NCBI GenBank assembly: GCA_963751345.1
Contig: CAVVUS010000004.1
Coordinates: 1-52,665, forward strand
Direction of reading: 5' to 3'
DNA: 52,665 nt
From: an uncultured Chloroflexia bacterium
Lineage (GTDB): Bacteria > Chloroflexota > Anaerolineae > B4-G1 > SLSP01
The notes beneath the pieces are model-generated. The model was not told the origin of the DNA, searched no databases, and saw nothing but the letters and a program-made list of their open reading frames with translations. Of the stretch, positions 9,338 through 19,149 are shown piece after piece; position 1 is the stretch's first letter, and each line of letters begins with the position of its first letter. Position numbers and translations under genes: made by a program.

Positions 9338-11221
9338 ATGAGGAACGCGGTACCCTCTGCTGCTCGCCGGGCCCTGGAGGTATCGGTTGATCTCGCTCAG
9401 CTCGCGACCTCGCCGCCGCCAATAGGAGTGCTGCTCGAGCGGCTTGCCGAAACGATTCGCACCGGCTACCGGTGCGAATACGTTGCTGTCCTTCTGCGCG
9501 ACGATGGTCTCACACCCGAACTCTGTGCTTATTCGGGCAACCCATCGCCATTTCTCGGCGACACCTCATCGCCGTTGTTCCGGACCACCGACGACCTCGT
9601 CCGACAGGCAACTCAGCAGCGACGTGCTGTCGTGCGCGAGGTGACGCACCGACCTGACGGCTCGCCGGAAACGGCCCCCGGCGGCGCTCCTGTGTGGCGT
9701 GCCGTCCTCCCGCTCACTGTGGAAGGCCTAGTCATAGGGGCACTGGACATCGTGACGCTCCAGGCCGGAGCAGTCGAGGACGCTGCTCTCCTCGGGGCGT
9801 TGGCGAGCCATGCAGCGATGGCGATCGAGCGCGCTCGCCATCACGAAGGTGAGCGAAAACAGCGCAGCTTGGTTGGGAAACTCAACGCCATCGGACGGAC
9901 GCTCACACAGACCCTCGACCCCCAACGCGTTCTGGACATGACACTTGAGCAACTCGCGACGATTGTGCCGCATGACCGTGGTGCGATCATGCTCGAGGAG
10001 CAAAACGAGCTGGCGATGCGCGCGGCAAGGGGCTTTCCTGCCCAAGCGAGGCCGCTTCGAATCCGGGTGCCCATTCACGAGGACGACGTCTATCGCACCA
10101 TCAGGGACACAGGGCGACCTCTGCTGATCCCCGACGTGTCGCAGCGGCCCGACTGGCAATACTTGAACGACATCCCGCGCGCGGGGTCCTGGTTGGGCGT
10201 TCCGCTGACCGTGGGGAATGCCGTCATCGGGATGTTGTCGCTCACGCGAGAGCAATCGGAAGTATACACCGAGTCGGAAGTCGAGCTTGCCGCAACCTTC
10301 GCACACCAGGTGTCGGCGGCCCTCAACGATGCGCGTCTCTACGAGGATCTCTCGAACGCGAATATGGCTCTGGAAGAGAGCCTCGCCCAACTCCGGCAAC
10401 GCACCCACGATCTTCAGGTTACCTACGAGCAGTTGAGGCGACTAGATCAGACAAAGGGCGATTTCATCGCCGTAGCGTCACACGAGCTTCGTACGCCCCT
10501 CACCGTGCTCAGCGGCTACAGTCAGATGCTGGCAAGCGACCCGGTCCTGATGGCAGATGCATACCGTGAACAGGTCATCAAGGGTCTCCTGGCAGGTTCG
10601 GAACGCCTGAATGTGATCGTAGAGGATATGCTCGATATGGCCCGGATCGACAACCAGGTGCTGGAGATCAGGCCGGAGCCGCTATTTCCCGCGGTCCTCA
10701 TCAAGGCCATTCGCCCCGCGTTGAGACAGATCCTACGTGACCGCAATGTGACGCTGGAACTCGATAGGAGCCTGGAAGCACTGCCGCTCATCGAAGCCGA
10801 CACCGCGGGCATCCGCAAGGTCTTCCACCACCTTATGGTGAATGCGGTGAAATACACACCTGATGGGGGCTCCATACGGATCTGGGCGCAGAAGCTGTCT
10901 CCCAGAGACACACCATCTGACAAAGAAGCAGTCGAGATCGTCGTCAGCGACACGGGCATCGGAATCGATCCCGTCGTCCAGGAGCTGATTTTCGCCAAGT
11001 TCTACCAGACAGGCACGATCGCAAGCCACTCATCAGGAGCCGAGAGGTTCAAAGGGGGCGGGCCTGGCCTGGGCCTGGCGATTGCCAGAGGGATCGTCGA
11101 GGCTCACGGGGGAAGGATATGGGTCGAGAGCCCCGGCTACGATGAGGAACGCTGCCCGGGAAGCGACTTCCACGTTCAACTCCCCATCCGGCCGGATGTG
11201 GCCCTTGCACTGGATCCATGA
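9338..11221 (+). CDS. Double-GAF sensor histidine kinase
   Basis: Two GAF-like domains, H-box SHELRTPL, NAVKYT, DTGIGI, GGGPGLGLAI. No TM segment, and no response regulator nearby. Confidence 0.93.
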   Translation: MRNAVPSAARRALEVSVDLAQLATSPPPIGVLLERLAETIRTGYRCEYVAVLLRDDGLTPELCAYSGNPSPFLGDTSSPLFRTTDDLVRQATQQRRAVVREVTHRPDGSPETAPGGAPVWRAVLPLTVEGLVIGALDIVTLQAGAVEDAALLGALASHAAMAIERARHHEGERKQRSLVGKLNAIGRTLTQTLDPQRVLDMTLEQLATIVPHDRGAIMLEEQNELAMRAARGFPAQARPLRIRVPIHEDDVYRTIRDTGRPLLIPDVSQRPDWQYLNDIPRAGSWLGVPLTVGNAVIGMLSLTREQSEVYTESEVELAATFAHQVSAALNDARLYEDLSNANMALEESLAQLRQRTHDLQVTYEQLRRLDQTKGDFIAVASHELRTPLTVLSGYSQMLASDPVLMADAYREQVIKGLLAGSERLNVIVEDMLDMARIDNQVLEIRPEPLFPAVLIKAIRPALRQILRDRNVTLELDRSLEALPLIEADTAGIRKVFHHLMVNAVKYTPDGGSIRIWAQKLSPRDTPSDKEAVEIVVSDTGIGIDPVVQELIFAKFYQTGTIASHSSGAERFKGGGPGLGLAIARGIVEAHGGRIWVESPGYDEERCPGSDFHVQLPIRPDVALALDP

Positions 11222-11233
11222 CCAGGGAGAACC

Positions 11234-12778
11234 GTGGAGAGATCTATTGATCACAGTGCAGCTGCACTTGACGAACTCCTGCAGCGGGCCATCGCTACAG
11301 CCAAGGATGGACAATTTCCACAGGCACAGTCCCTGTTGCAGCAGGTTCTGACACGCGATCCCGACAACCTGACAGCATGGCTCTGGCTGAGCGGCGTGGT
11401 CTCCAACCCCCTCAAACGAGAGGCCTGCCTGCGTAAAGCTCTGAAACTGGCCCCAGGGCACGAGGCCGCTCGCCGCGGCCTGATGGTCGCCCAGCGAGAA
11501 GCCGCCGCATATATCATGCCACAAGCCATCGCCGCAGCCCAAGCCGGCGAAACCGACCGTGCACGCAAACTACTGACAGATGTCGTCGTTCGCGACGAAA
11601 CCAACGTAGCGGCATGGCTGTGGCTCAGCCGCGTCGTTGAAATACCAGAAGAGCGGGAAATCTGCTTCCAAAACATCCTGATGCTCGATTCCGAGAACCA
11701 GGAGGCGCGCGCCGGCCTCGACTTGTTGGAGAGAGCCGGCGACGAATCCGAGCAGGATCATGGAGCGTCGACGACGAGGAACGAGGAGAGCGTGCCCGTT
11801 GCTTCGACGCTGGCCGGCGACATCCTCGGCGATGCGTATCGCGAGAAACACACTCACGCGATCCCAAGGGCCGAACCACCGTCCGAGCCGGCCTCGGTCG
11901 CAATCTGGGCGAAGTACGACGATCCTTATCTGTGTCCGGTCTGCGCCGGTCCGGCCCGCGCCGAGGATCAGCGATGTCCCAAGTGCCGGGCCAAGCTGTG
12001 GACACGCGCCCGGGCACGAGACCAGCGCTCGCAGCTTCTCTGGATCCTCATCCTGCTGCAGGTGTGGAACACCCTGATCGTTTCCGGGGCACCCTTCCTG
12101 GCGCTGTTTGTGGTCAGCATGCGCATACATACGAACGACACACTGCAACTGCTGGCCGCATATCTCGGCCGGCCGTCCAGCCTCAGCGCAGCTACCGTAA
12201 ACACGGCCATGGGAATGCTCTCGCGTACCGAGTTCTATCTGCTGGGGCTGCCCTTTGTCCTCAGCGTCGCCGGCACGATTGCGCTCTATCTGCGCTGGCC
12301 GCCTGTCTTTTACCTGCTGCTGGCAAGCAGTGTACTGGGACTCGCCGGATCGATTGGGGGGATCGCTTTCCTGGGACAGCAGCCGCTTGCTTTGGCAGCC
12401 GGAGCCCTTGGCATCGTGGTCGCCGTAGGTACCTTTATACTGGCCATCAGGCTCGAGGATGACTTTCGCATCCAACGCAGGCGGCGGCTGCTGGCCCTCG
12501 ATCCGGGGCTTCGGTCCGGAGTGGACTACCTCGTGCGCGGACGTCACTACGCACGCGCGGGGATATGGGGCCTGGCTGCTCTGCACTTTCGCCGCGCTGC
12601 TGCCCTGATGCCTAACGTGATCGACGGACTCCTGGGCGTCGCCCAGGCCGGCGGGCATCTGAACGACCTGGAACTCTCCCGCTGGGCCTTGGAGTCGGCA
12701 CTGGAACGCCAGCCCGGCGACAAACGGATCAAGGAAGCTGTTGAGTTCCTGAAAAGTGAGAGGAGACCCGCCGCCTGA
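11234..12778 (+). CDS. TPR-repeat, Zn-ribbon, multi-TM membrane protein
   Basis: Two copies of DxxNxxAWLWLSxVV, a CPVC...CPKC motif, about five TM helices, and C-terminal TPR-like helices. Confidence 0.8.
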   Translation: MERSIDHSAAALDELLQRAIATAKDGQFPQAQSLLQQVLTRDPDNLTAWLWLSGVVSNPLKREACLRKALKLAPGHEAARRGLMVAQREAAAYIMPQAIAAAQAGETDRARKLLTDVVVRDETNVAAWLWLSRVVEIPEEREICFQNILMLDSENQEARAGLDLLERAGDESEQDHGASTTRNEESVPVASTLAGDILGDAYREKHTHAIPRAEPPSEPASVAIWAKYDDPYLCPVCAGPARAEDQRCPKCRAKLWTRARARDQRSQLLWILILLQVWNTLIVSGAPFLALFVVSMRIHTNDTLQLLAAYLGRPSSLSAATVNTAMGMLSRTEFYLLGLPFVLSVAGTIALYLRWPPVFYLLLASSVLGLAGSIGGIAFLGQQPLALAAGALGIVVAVGTFILAIRLEDDFRIQRRRRLLALDPGLRSGVDYLVRGRHYARAGIWGLAALHFRRAAALMPNVIDGLLGVAQAGGHLNDLELSRWALESALERQPGDKRIKEAVEFLKSERRPAA

Positions 12779-12861
12779 TATTCTTCGCCGCCGCAATCAG
12801 CCAGCCACGGGCGTCGATCGCCTCTGCCCGGCACCTCGCCGACACTGCGTTCCGACCCAAC

Positions 12862-12889
12862 AAAAAAGCCCCCGCCGTAGCGGGGGCTT
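12862..12889 (-). terminator. Rho-independent terminator of hppA
   Basis: Minus strand reads AAGCCCCCGC-TACG-GCGGGGGCTT followed by a T run, 30 nt after the hppA stop. Confidence 0.9.
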
Positions 12890-12919
12890 GCACTTTGTGT
12901 GTCGGTCCTATGTCCCAGG

Positions 12920-14989
12920 CTAGAAGACATGGAACGATGCGATGATGGGCGCGAAGAGCGAAGAAACAAGGGACATCACGGTGATCAACGTGTTGAGCGA
13001 GGGGCCGGCGGTGTCCTTGAACGGATCGCCTACCGTATCACCCACCACGCCGGCCTTGTGTGCCTCAGAGCCCTTGCCGCCGAAGTGACCACTCTCGATG
13101 TACTTCTTGGCGTTGTCCCACAGACCACCGGCGTTGGCCATCAGCAGCGCGAAGAGGATACCGGTGAAGATCGCGCCACCGAGGAAGCCGCCCAGTGCCT
13201 CGGGGCCCATGATGAAGCCCACGATTAGTGGGAGGGCCACGGCCAGGAAAGCGGGCAGGACCAGGGATGACAGCGCATTCTCCGAGGCCAGAGAGACACA
13301 GGTCACATAATCAGGCTCCTCGGTCCCCAGGAGAATGCCAGGGCGCTCGCGGAACTGCCTGCGGATCTCCTCGATCATATCGAAGGCATTGTGGGTCACG
13401 GACAGCATCGTCAGCGCGCTGAAGAGCGGCGGCGTTACTGCCCCCAGGAAGACGCCTGCGATTACCACCGGGTTCAGAAGGCTGATGACTAGAGGTTGCG
13501 CCGCAGCAGACATCCCCTCCATCGCCTTGAAGATCTCACTGGCGTAGGCAGAGAACAGCGCGAGCACGGTCAGCGCAGCGGCGCTGATAGCGAAGCCCTT
13601 TGTGATGGCCTTGGCCGTGTTGCCGGCGGCATCCAGGATATCGGTGACTTCGACGACCTCCTCGGACATACCGGCCATCTCGGCGATACCACGTGCGTTG
13701 TCAACGATGGGCCCGTATGCGTCAGACGAGACGATCATGCCGCTGATGGCAAGCATCCCGACGGCACTGATGCCGACGCCATAGACGCCAGTAATCACGC
13801 CGGAGGCATCCGCGACGAAGTACGCGATCAGGGTCGCTGCCACGATCCCGATAACGGAAGGGACCGTGCTGATCAAACCGTAGCTAAAACCGGTGATGAT
13901 GGTGATCGCCGCGCCGGAGCCGGAGACCTTGGCAGTCTCCACCACAGGCGGCCGATCGTCGCCGGTGAAGAAGTCGGACGTGAAACCGATGATCACGCCG
14001 GTGATCAGACCGGCCAGCGTCGCCCACAGTGCAGCAAGAGTGATATGGCCCACGAGGACCACGACGGCGACCATCGCAGCGAAAATAATGGTTGTGTAGA
14101 TTGTGCCGCCGTTGAGGGCCGCTCCGGGCTTACCGCCCTCACCCACCTTCACAAACTGCAGGCCGATGAGGGAAGCGAACGAGCCCAACATACAAAGAAT
14201 CAGCGGGAAGATCGTGTAGAGCGTAAGCTGATCTCCCGAAAGATTCGGCATCGCCGCACCCAGTAGCATTGCCGCAACAGAACTTGCGACGTAACTGTCG
14301 AAGATGTCGGCGCCCATACCTGCGACATCGCCGACATTATCACCCACATTGTCGGCCACGACGGCCGGGTTGCGGGGATCGTCCTCAGGAATCCCGACCT
14401 CGACTTTGCCGACCAGGTCGGCAGCGATGTCGGCGGTCTTTGTGTAGATACCGCCCCCGGCCTTGGCCAACAGCGCCAACGTCGAGGCGCCGAAGCTGAA
14501 GCCCAACACCAGCTCAGGTGTCTTGGTGATCAGGTAGATAGTGCTCATGCCCATCAGAGCCAGGCCCACCATCGCCAGACCCATCACCGAACCGGCGTTA
14601 AAGCTCACGGTAAACGCTGGGTTCAAGCCGTGCTCAGCCGCCACTGCGGTTCGCACGTTGCCCTTTACCGCAACGCTCATTCCCATGTAGCCGGCGGCCG
14701 CTGAACAGAGACCCCCGAAGATAAAAGTGACCGCGACCCCTAGACCGTAGGCGGGGGTACGTTGAATCCCAAATACGATAGCCAGTACGATAGCCAGCAC
14801 CACTGCCAGCATCGTCAGGGCAGTGTACAGCTTCTTGAGGTACGACTCTGCGCCGTCCTCAATCCAACCGGCAACGCGCTGTGCGCGCTCGCTGCCGGCA
14901 TCCTGCCGCACGACCCATCGATAATACACGAAGGCCACGCCAACAGAAAGAAGCCCTGCAAAGAAACTGATGAGTACCCAGATGTTCAT
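12920..14989 (-). CDS. hppA: Membrane-bound proton-translocating pyrophosphatase, K+-independent signature
   Basis: GGIYTKTADIAADLVGKVE, EDDPRNP..ADNVGDNVGD and GDTVGDPFKDTAGP motifs. Lys in GNTAKAITKG is the K+-independent signature. GGAGG RBS before ATG14989. Confidence 0.96.
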   Translation of the reverse strand: MNIWVLISFFAGLLSVGVAFVYYRWVVRQDAGSERAQRVAGWIEDGAESYLKKLYTALTMLAVVLAIVLAIVFGIQRTPAYGLGVAVTFIFGGLCSAAAGYMGMSVAVKGNVRTAVAAEHGLNPAFTVSFNAGSVMGLAMVGLALMGMSTIYLITKTPELVLGFSFGASTLALLAKAGGGIYTKTADIAADLVGKVEVGIPEDDPRNPAVVADNVGDNVGDVAGMGADIFDSYVASSVAAMLLGAAMPNLSGDQLTLYTIFPLILCMLGSFASLIGLQFVKVGEGGKPGAALNGGTIYTTIIFAAMVAVVVLVGHITLAALWATLAGLITGVIIGFTSDFFTGDDRPPVVETAKVSGSGAAITIITGFSYGLISTVPSVIGIVAATLIAYFVADASGVITGVYGVGISAVGMLAISGMIVSSDAYGPIVDNARGIAEMAGMSEEVVEVTDILDAAGNTAKAITKGFAISAAALTVLALFSAYASEIFKAMEGMSAAAQPLVISLLNPVVIAGVFLGAVTPPLFSALTMLSVTHNAFDMIEEIRRQFRERPGILLGTEEPDYVTCVSLASENALSSLVLPAFLAVALPLIVGFIMGPEALGGFLGGAIFTGILFALLMANAGGLWDNAKKYIESGHFGGKGSEAHKAGVVGDTVGDPFKDTAGPSLNTLITVMSLVSSLFAPIIASFHVF

Positions 14990-15039
14990 GTCTCCTCCAA
15001 ATCCTCCTACAAGATCGGTATGCGAATTTCCACACAAAT

Positions 15040-15126
15040 AGGCTGCAGCTCCCTCCCCGGACGTTGGCGAAGGGCATAACTTTCTACTCCCCCCGCGTAT
15101 TTCACCGGAGAAGAAGCTGCGAGCCT
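15040..15126 (-). promoter_or_regulatory. Candidate structured cis-regulatory RNA in the hppA leader
   Basis: 16-bp stem GCAGCUUCUUCUCCGG / CCGGGGAGGGAGCUGC with G-U pairs, extended by AGGCU/AGCCU. It encloses an internal loop (UGAAAUAC / CAACGU) and an 8-bp inner stem GCGGGGGG / CCCUUCGC. Confidence 0.55.
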
Positions 15127-15208
15127 TTGGTGGTCGAACTGATGGTGACCCAGATGCCCGATGTGGCCGAACATCAGATGGGTACCGCTGCTGGAAAACT
15201 TCGAACAA

Positions 15209-15983
15209 CTACATATTCGCTGAACGCCACCAGCGATAGTACTTACTTCGTAGCACATCTTGAGAAGGTAAAGGGAAACACCGCATCTGGTCCGCATTCC
15301 CCACAAAGAGCCCGGTCTTCAACAGGCGATAGGGGAAGGTCGCGGGGCTGACCCGATCGACCATCTTGGTATTCACAAGCTTCGTCCGAAGATCGACCAG
15401 GCACTGCCGGAGATGATCGATGTTCGCGTATGGGAGGTCCCCAACGCTGCCGTATTCCGGATTATCTCCCAACTCTCCGAGCCGCAGCTCCGCAAAACAG
15501 ACCGACGGCAATGTATATCAGCGTTGAAGGACTCCGAACGATCAGATTGTAGAACTCGCGCGGTCCGAAGGTGCTGACGACCAAAGGATGGACCGGTGCG
15601 ATCTCCTGATAGAGATGCAGGCCATCAGTATCGGCCGGACACGTTTCCGCCGCATCGAGGCCCAACACCCTGCCATCCTGAGTCACAAGATAGAGTCTCA
15701 GAATCGCGTCCAGCGGAACTCTTTCCAGCGCACGATAGACCGTGATATAGAGCGATCGCTTCGGCGTTCCGTCCTCGTGAGGCACACACCGTTGAAGCCC
15801 CTCTTCAATGGGAAGGCCTTCGACCCGAAAGTCGGGAGCCAACTCGAAGAAAATGGCTTGGCCCCGCGATTTCTTCTCCGTCCCGAGAGCGTAATAGACG
15901 CCAAACTCCTCGGGCGACAACTGTGAAGCGATCAGGGCCTCCGGGATCATCGACAGGTACAGGTGTTTGGTATAGTCAGCCAT
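15209..15983 (-). CDS. Hypothetical protein upstream of hppA (frameshift near 15512)
   Basis: AGGAGG RBS. ORFs 15462..15983 and 15209..15511 join into one protein of about 258 aa ending YYRWWRSANM. Confidence 0.75.
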
Positions 15984-16248
15984 GGTCTAACCCTCCTAAG
16001 GTTGGATGCTAGAAAACGGCTAGATTATCGCTCACCACAGTGCCGAACCCTGTAGTAGGGCCAGGCTGCAACTTCGTCCCTCAAAACCATTATACCACAG
16101 TTAGATTCGGGCTAGTGCTGCCCTACGATATCTGGGAATGTGCAGTCCTCTGCAAGCACCCTGGCACAAGCCAGGGAACCCTTTATAATGCAGCGTTGGT
16201 CCTAATGACGCCTCGGGGCCAGTATATCACGGTTCCATAAGGACACGA

Positions 16249-17184
16249 ATGACAGACGCATCCGCGGGCGAAATGCCACGCACAAGCGCCGTTTCGGAAG
16301 GACGGAGACCGACCGTCCCTCCGGCGTTGGGGTTGGTGGTGGGAGTGTTGGCAGTCTCCACAGCCTCGACCTTTATCCGGCTGGCGCAGACTTCCGTGTC
16401 TTCCCTGGCATTGGCTGCCTGGCGGCTCACCTTTGCGTCGGCCCTGCTTGCCCCCTTTGCCTTTGCCACCGCCCGATCTGAGTGGCGGAAGCTCAGCGGC
16501 GCCGACTGGGCGCTCCTGGCAGCCTCGGGGGCTGCGCTCGCCGTCCATTTCTATACGTGGATCTCGTCGCTGGCGATGACCTCCGTCGCGGCCTCCGTCG
16601 TTTTGGTCAGCACGAATCCCCTGTTCGTCGCGTTGATCTCACACTTCCTTCTTGGGCAACGCGTGCGATCACGCGTGTTCGTAGGGATCCTTGTCGCCGT
16701 CCTGGGATCGGCGATTATCGGGCTTGGGGACATCACAGGGGGAACGCACCAGTTGCTCGGCGACCTTCTCGCGGTCCTCGGAGCCGCTGCCGTGGCGATC
16801 TATATGCTGATCGGTCGGCAGCAGCGGTCGCACTTGTCCCTCCTGGGTTACATCTTCCCGGTCTATGGCTTCGCAGCGGTCGTTCTGATGGCCTTTGCGC
16901 TCGTGACGCGAGCTCCACTCGTCGGGTACCCGCCTCAAGCGTGGGTTTGGCTGCTGCTCATAGCCCTGATCCCACAGATCATCGGCCACTCCTCCTTTAA
17001 TTGGGCGCTGGGTCACTTGCCGCCGACCTATGTGTCGTTGGTCGTGCTTGCTGAGCCTATCGGCTCGACCATTCTCGCCTGGTTAGTGCTCCGTGAGCCG
17101 CCAACGCTATCGACTATCCTCGGTGGCGGCGTGATCCTTGGCGGCATTGTGTTGGCGACGGTGAGAGTCAAGAATGGGGAATGA
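16249..17184 (+). CDS. EamA/DMT-family transporter
   Basis: About ten TM helices, duplicated EamA pattern, STNPLFV and LAEPIGS motifs. Confidence 0.92.
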   Translation: MTDASAGEMPRTSAVSEGRRPTVPPALGLVVGVLAVSTASTFIRLAQTSVSSLALAAWRLTFASALLAPFAFATARSEWRKLSGADWALLAASGAALAVHFYTWISSLAMTSVAASVVLVSTNPLFVALISHFLLGQRVRSRVFVGILVAVLGSAIIGLGDITGGTHQLLGDLLAVLGAAAVAIYMLIGRQQRSHLSLLGYIFPVYGFAAVVLMAFALVTRAPLVGYPPQAWVWLLLIALIPQIIGHSSFNWALGHLPPTYVSLVVLAEPIGSTILAWLVLREPPTLSTILGGGVILGGIVLATVRVKNGE

Positions 17185-17196
17185 AAGAATGGGCAC

Positions 17197-18051
17197 ATGA
17201 ACCTACTCCTGTTGCTGGTCCTCGGTTCCATCTGGGGCACATCGTATCTCTTCATCAAGATCATCGTCAACGAGATCGGACCGCTGACGCTGGTCGCGGG
17301 TCGGCTCGGCCTGGCAGCCCTACTGATCTGGATCATCTTCCTATCTCGAAAGGCGCAGGCGCCCCGTCCCCGCAGGATATGGGCTGCCTTTGCCGTGATG
17401 GGCTTGCTCAACGGCGCGCTACCCTTCGCTATGATCTCCTGGGGGGAGCAGTACATTCCGAGCGGCTGGGCTGCGTTGCTGCAGTCGACGACACCGATTT
17501 TCACCATCCTGCTCGCGCATCTACTCACGCACGACGATCGCATCACCTGGCGAAAAGCGCTGGGAGTTGCCATAGGCTTCACGGGGGTAGGATTGCTCAT
17601 CCTGCCCGAACTCCAAGAGGGCCTAAGTGCATCGGTATGGGGTATGCTGGCGATCGTGGGTTCATCCGTATCCTATGCGTTTGCCGCCATCTTCGCACAC
17701 AGAAGCCTCAGCGGACAGCAGCCGATGGCCTCCGCAGCCGGCCAGTTCACGACAGGGTTCCTCTTCATCCTTCCCTTCGCCTTTGTCGTCGAACAGCCGC
17801 TTGCGATCACTCTCTCCTGGCAGGCTATGGCAAGTTGGGCCGCCCTGGCGGTCTTGGGGACGGTCATCGCCTACGTGATCTATTACACGCTGCTGGCCCG
17901 GACCAACGCCACGTTCGCTACGATGGTCACCTACATCGTGCCAATCAACGGTCTCATCCTGGGCACGCTCGTTCTCCACGAACCCCTGAACCCAATCGTG
18001 ATTCTCAGCCTTGGGTTGGTACTTGGGGGGGTGCTGTTGGTCCGCCAATGA
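17197..18051 (+). CDS. EamA/DMT-family transporter
   Basis: IWGTSYLFIK, PFAMISWGEQ, STTPIFT, VTYIVP; about ten TM helices. Confidence 0.92.
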   Translation: MNLLLLLVLGSIWGTSYLFIKIIVNEIGPLTLVAGRLGLAALLIWIIFLSRKAQAPRPRRIWAAFAVMGLLNGALPFAMISWGEQYIPSGWAALLQSTTPIFTILLAHLLTHDDRITWRKALGVAIGFTGVGLLILPELQEGLSASVWGMLAIVGSSVSYAFAAIFAHRSLSGQQPMASAAGQFTTGFLFILPFAFVVEQPLAITLSWQAMASWAALAVLGTVIAYVIYYTLLARTNATFATMVTYIVPINGLILGTLVLHEPLNPIVILSLGLVLGGVLLVRQ

Positions 18052-18132
18052 TCGTTCACCGATGGCAGAAGCCGGCTGTTGGTGGTACAATTCTCCCTGG
18101 TTTTTCGCCAGAACTGTGAAGAGGCAAAGGGA

Positions 18133-19149
18133 ATGCGATTCAATAATGTCTGCATAGAAGGACTGGGGTACGTCATCCCAGAACGCGTCGTCAGCACCGC
18201 ATGGTTCGAGGAGCAACTGCAACCCGTCTATGAGGCACTGGGCGCTCCAAGCGGTTTCATCGAACGCCTTACGGGGATCAAGGAGCACCGTTGGTGGGAC
18301 GACGGGGTGAAGGTCTCGGATGGGTCCGCAATGGCAGGGGAAAACGCGCTAGTGGCCGCGCAGGTGGACCGCAGCGAGATCCAGTGTTTGATCAACACAT
18401 CGGTATGCCGGGACTACATTGAGCCGGCGACCGCTTCGATTGTCCACAACAAGCTTGGCCTGTCGCAATCTGCGATCAGCTTTGACGTCGTCAACGCTTG
18501 CCTGGGTTTTCTGAATGGCATGCTACTCGTCGCGAACATGATCGAATTGGGACAGATCGATACCGGGATGGTCGTCGCCGCTGAGGATCCACGCGAGGGC
18601 CAGCTCTGGACTATCGACCATATGCTGACCAATCCACCGGACAAGGAGACGCTGCGCGACAATCTGGCGTCCTTCACGCTCGGTGCGGCGTCCGTCGGGA
18701 TGGTGTTGCGGCACGCGTCAAAATCGCGGACGGGTAGGCGGCTGCTGGGGGGCGAGGCTTATAGCAATACCAGCCACTGCGAGCTATGCGTCGCGCAGCG
18801 CACGTGGATGAAGACCAAGTCGTCCGCGCTGCTATCGGAGGGCACGAAGGTGGTGACCCAGGTGTGGGATCGCTTCAAGCACAACATGGCGTGGACGAAC
18901 GATATGGTCGACAGACTGTTCACCCACCAGGTGAGCGAGCCCCAGCGGCAGGTGGCGCTGCAGGCGCTTCAGCTTTCGCCCGAGATCGATTACCCGACCC
19001 TCCAGTACCTGGGAAATACAGCGTCCGTCGCCGCCCCGATCTCGCTCGCTATCGGTGTCGACAATGGCTTTGTCCATGATGGTGACCGGGTGCTGTTGTT
19101 CGGTGTCGGCAGCGGGATCAACAGCATCGCACTGGGTATTCAGTGGTAG
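18133..19149 (+). CDS. oleA: OleA acyl-CoA condensing enzyme (thiolase/FabH-like)
   Basis: SVCRDYIEPATA (Glu), FDVVNACLGFLNG (Cys), FTHQVS (His), GNTAS (Asn). First gene of an oleABCD run. Extended -10 TGGTACAAT near 18083. Confidence 0.9.
   Translation: MRFNNVCIEGLGYVIPERVVSTAWFEEQLQPVYEALGAPSGFIERLTGIKEHRWWDDGVKVSDGSAMAGENALVAAQVDRSEIQCLINTSVCRDYIEPATASIVHNKLGLSQSAISFDVVNACLGFLNGMLLVANMIELGQIDTGMVVAAEDPREGQLWTIDHMLTNPPDKETLRDNLASFTLGAASVGMVLRHASKSRTGRRLLGGEAYSNTSHCELCVAQRTWMKTKSSALLSEGTKVVTQVWDRFKHNMAWTNDMVDRLFTHQVSEPQRQVALQALQLSPEIDYPTLQYLGNTASVAAPISLAIGVDNGFVHDGDRVLLFGVGSGINSIALGIQW

Noticed and set aside
14990-15208. 73-aa N-terminal extension of HppA (ORF track start at 15208)
   Set aside because: TTG start with no RBS and non-protein-like sequence. 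A strong GGAGG precedes ATG14989.
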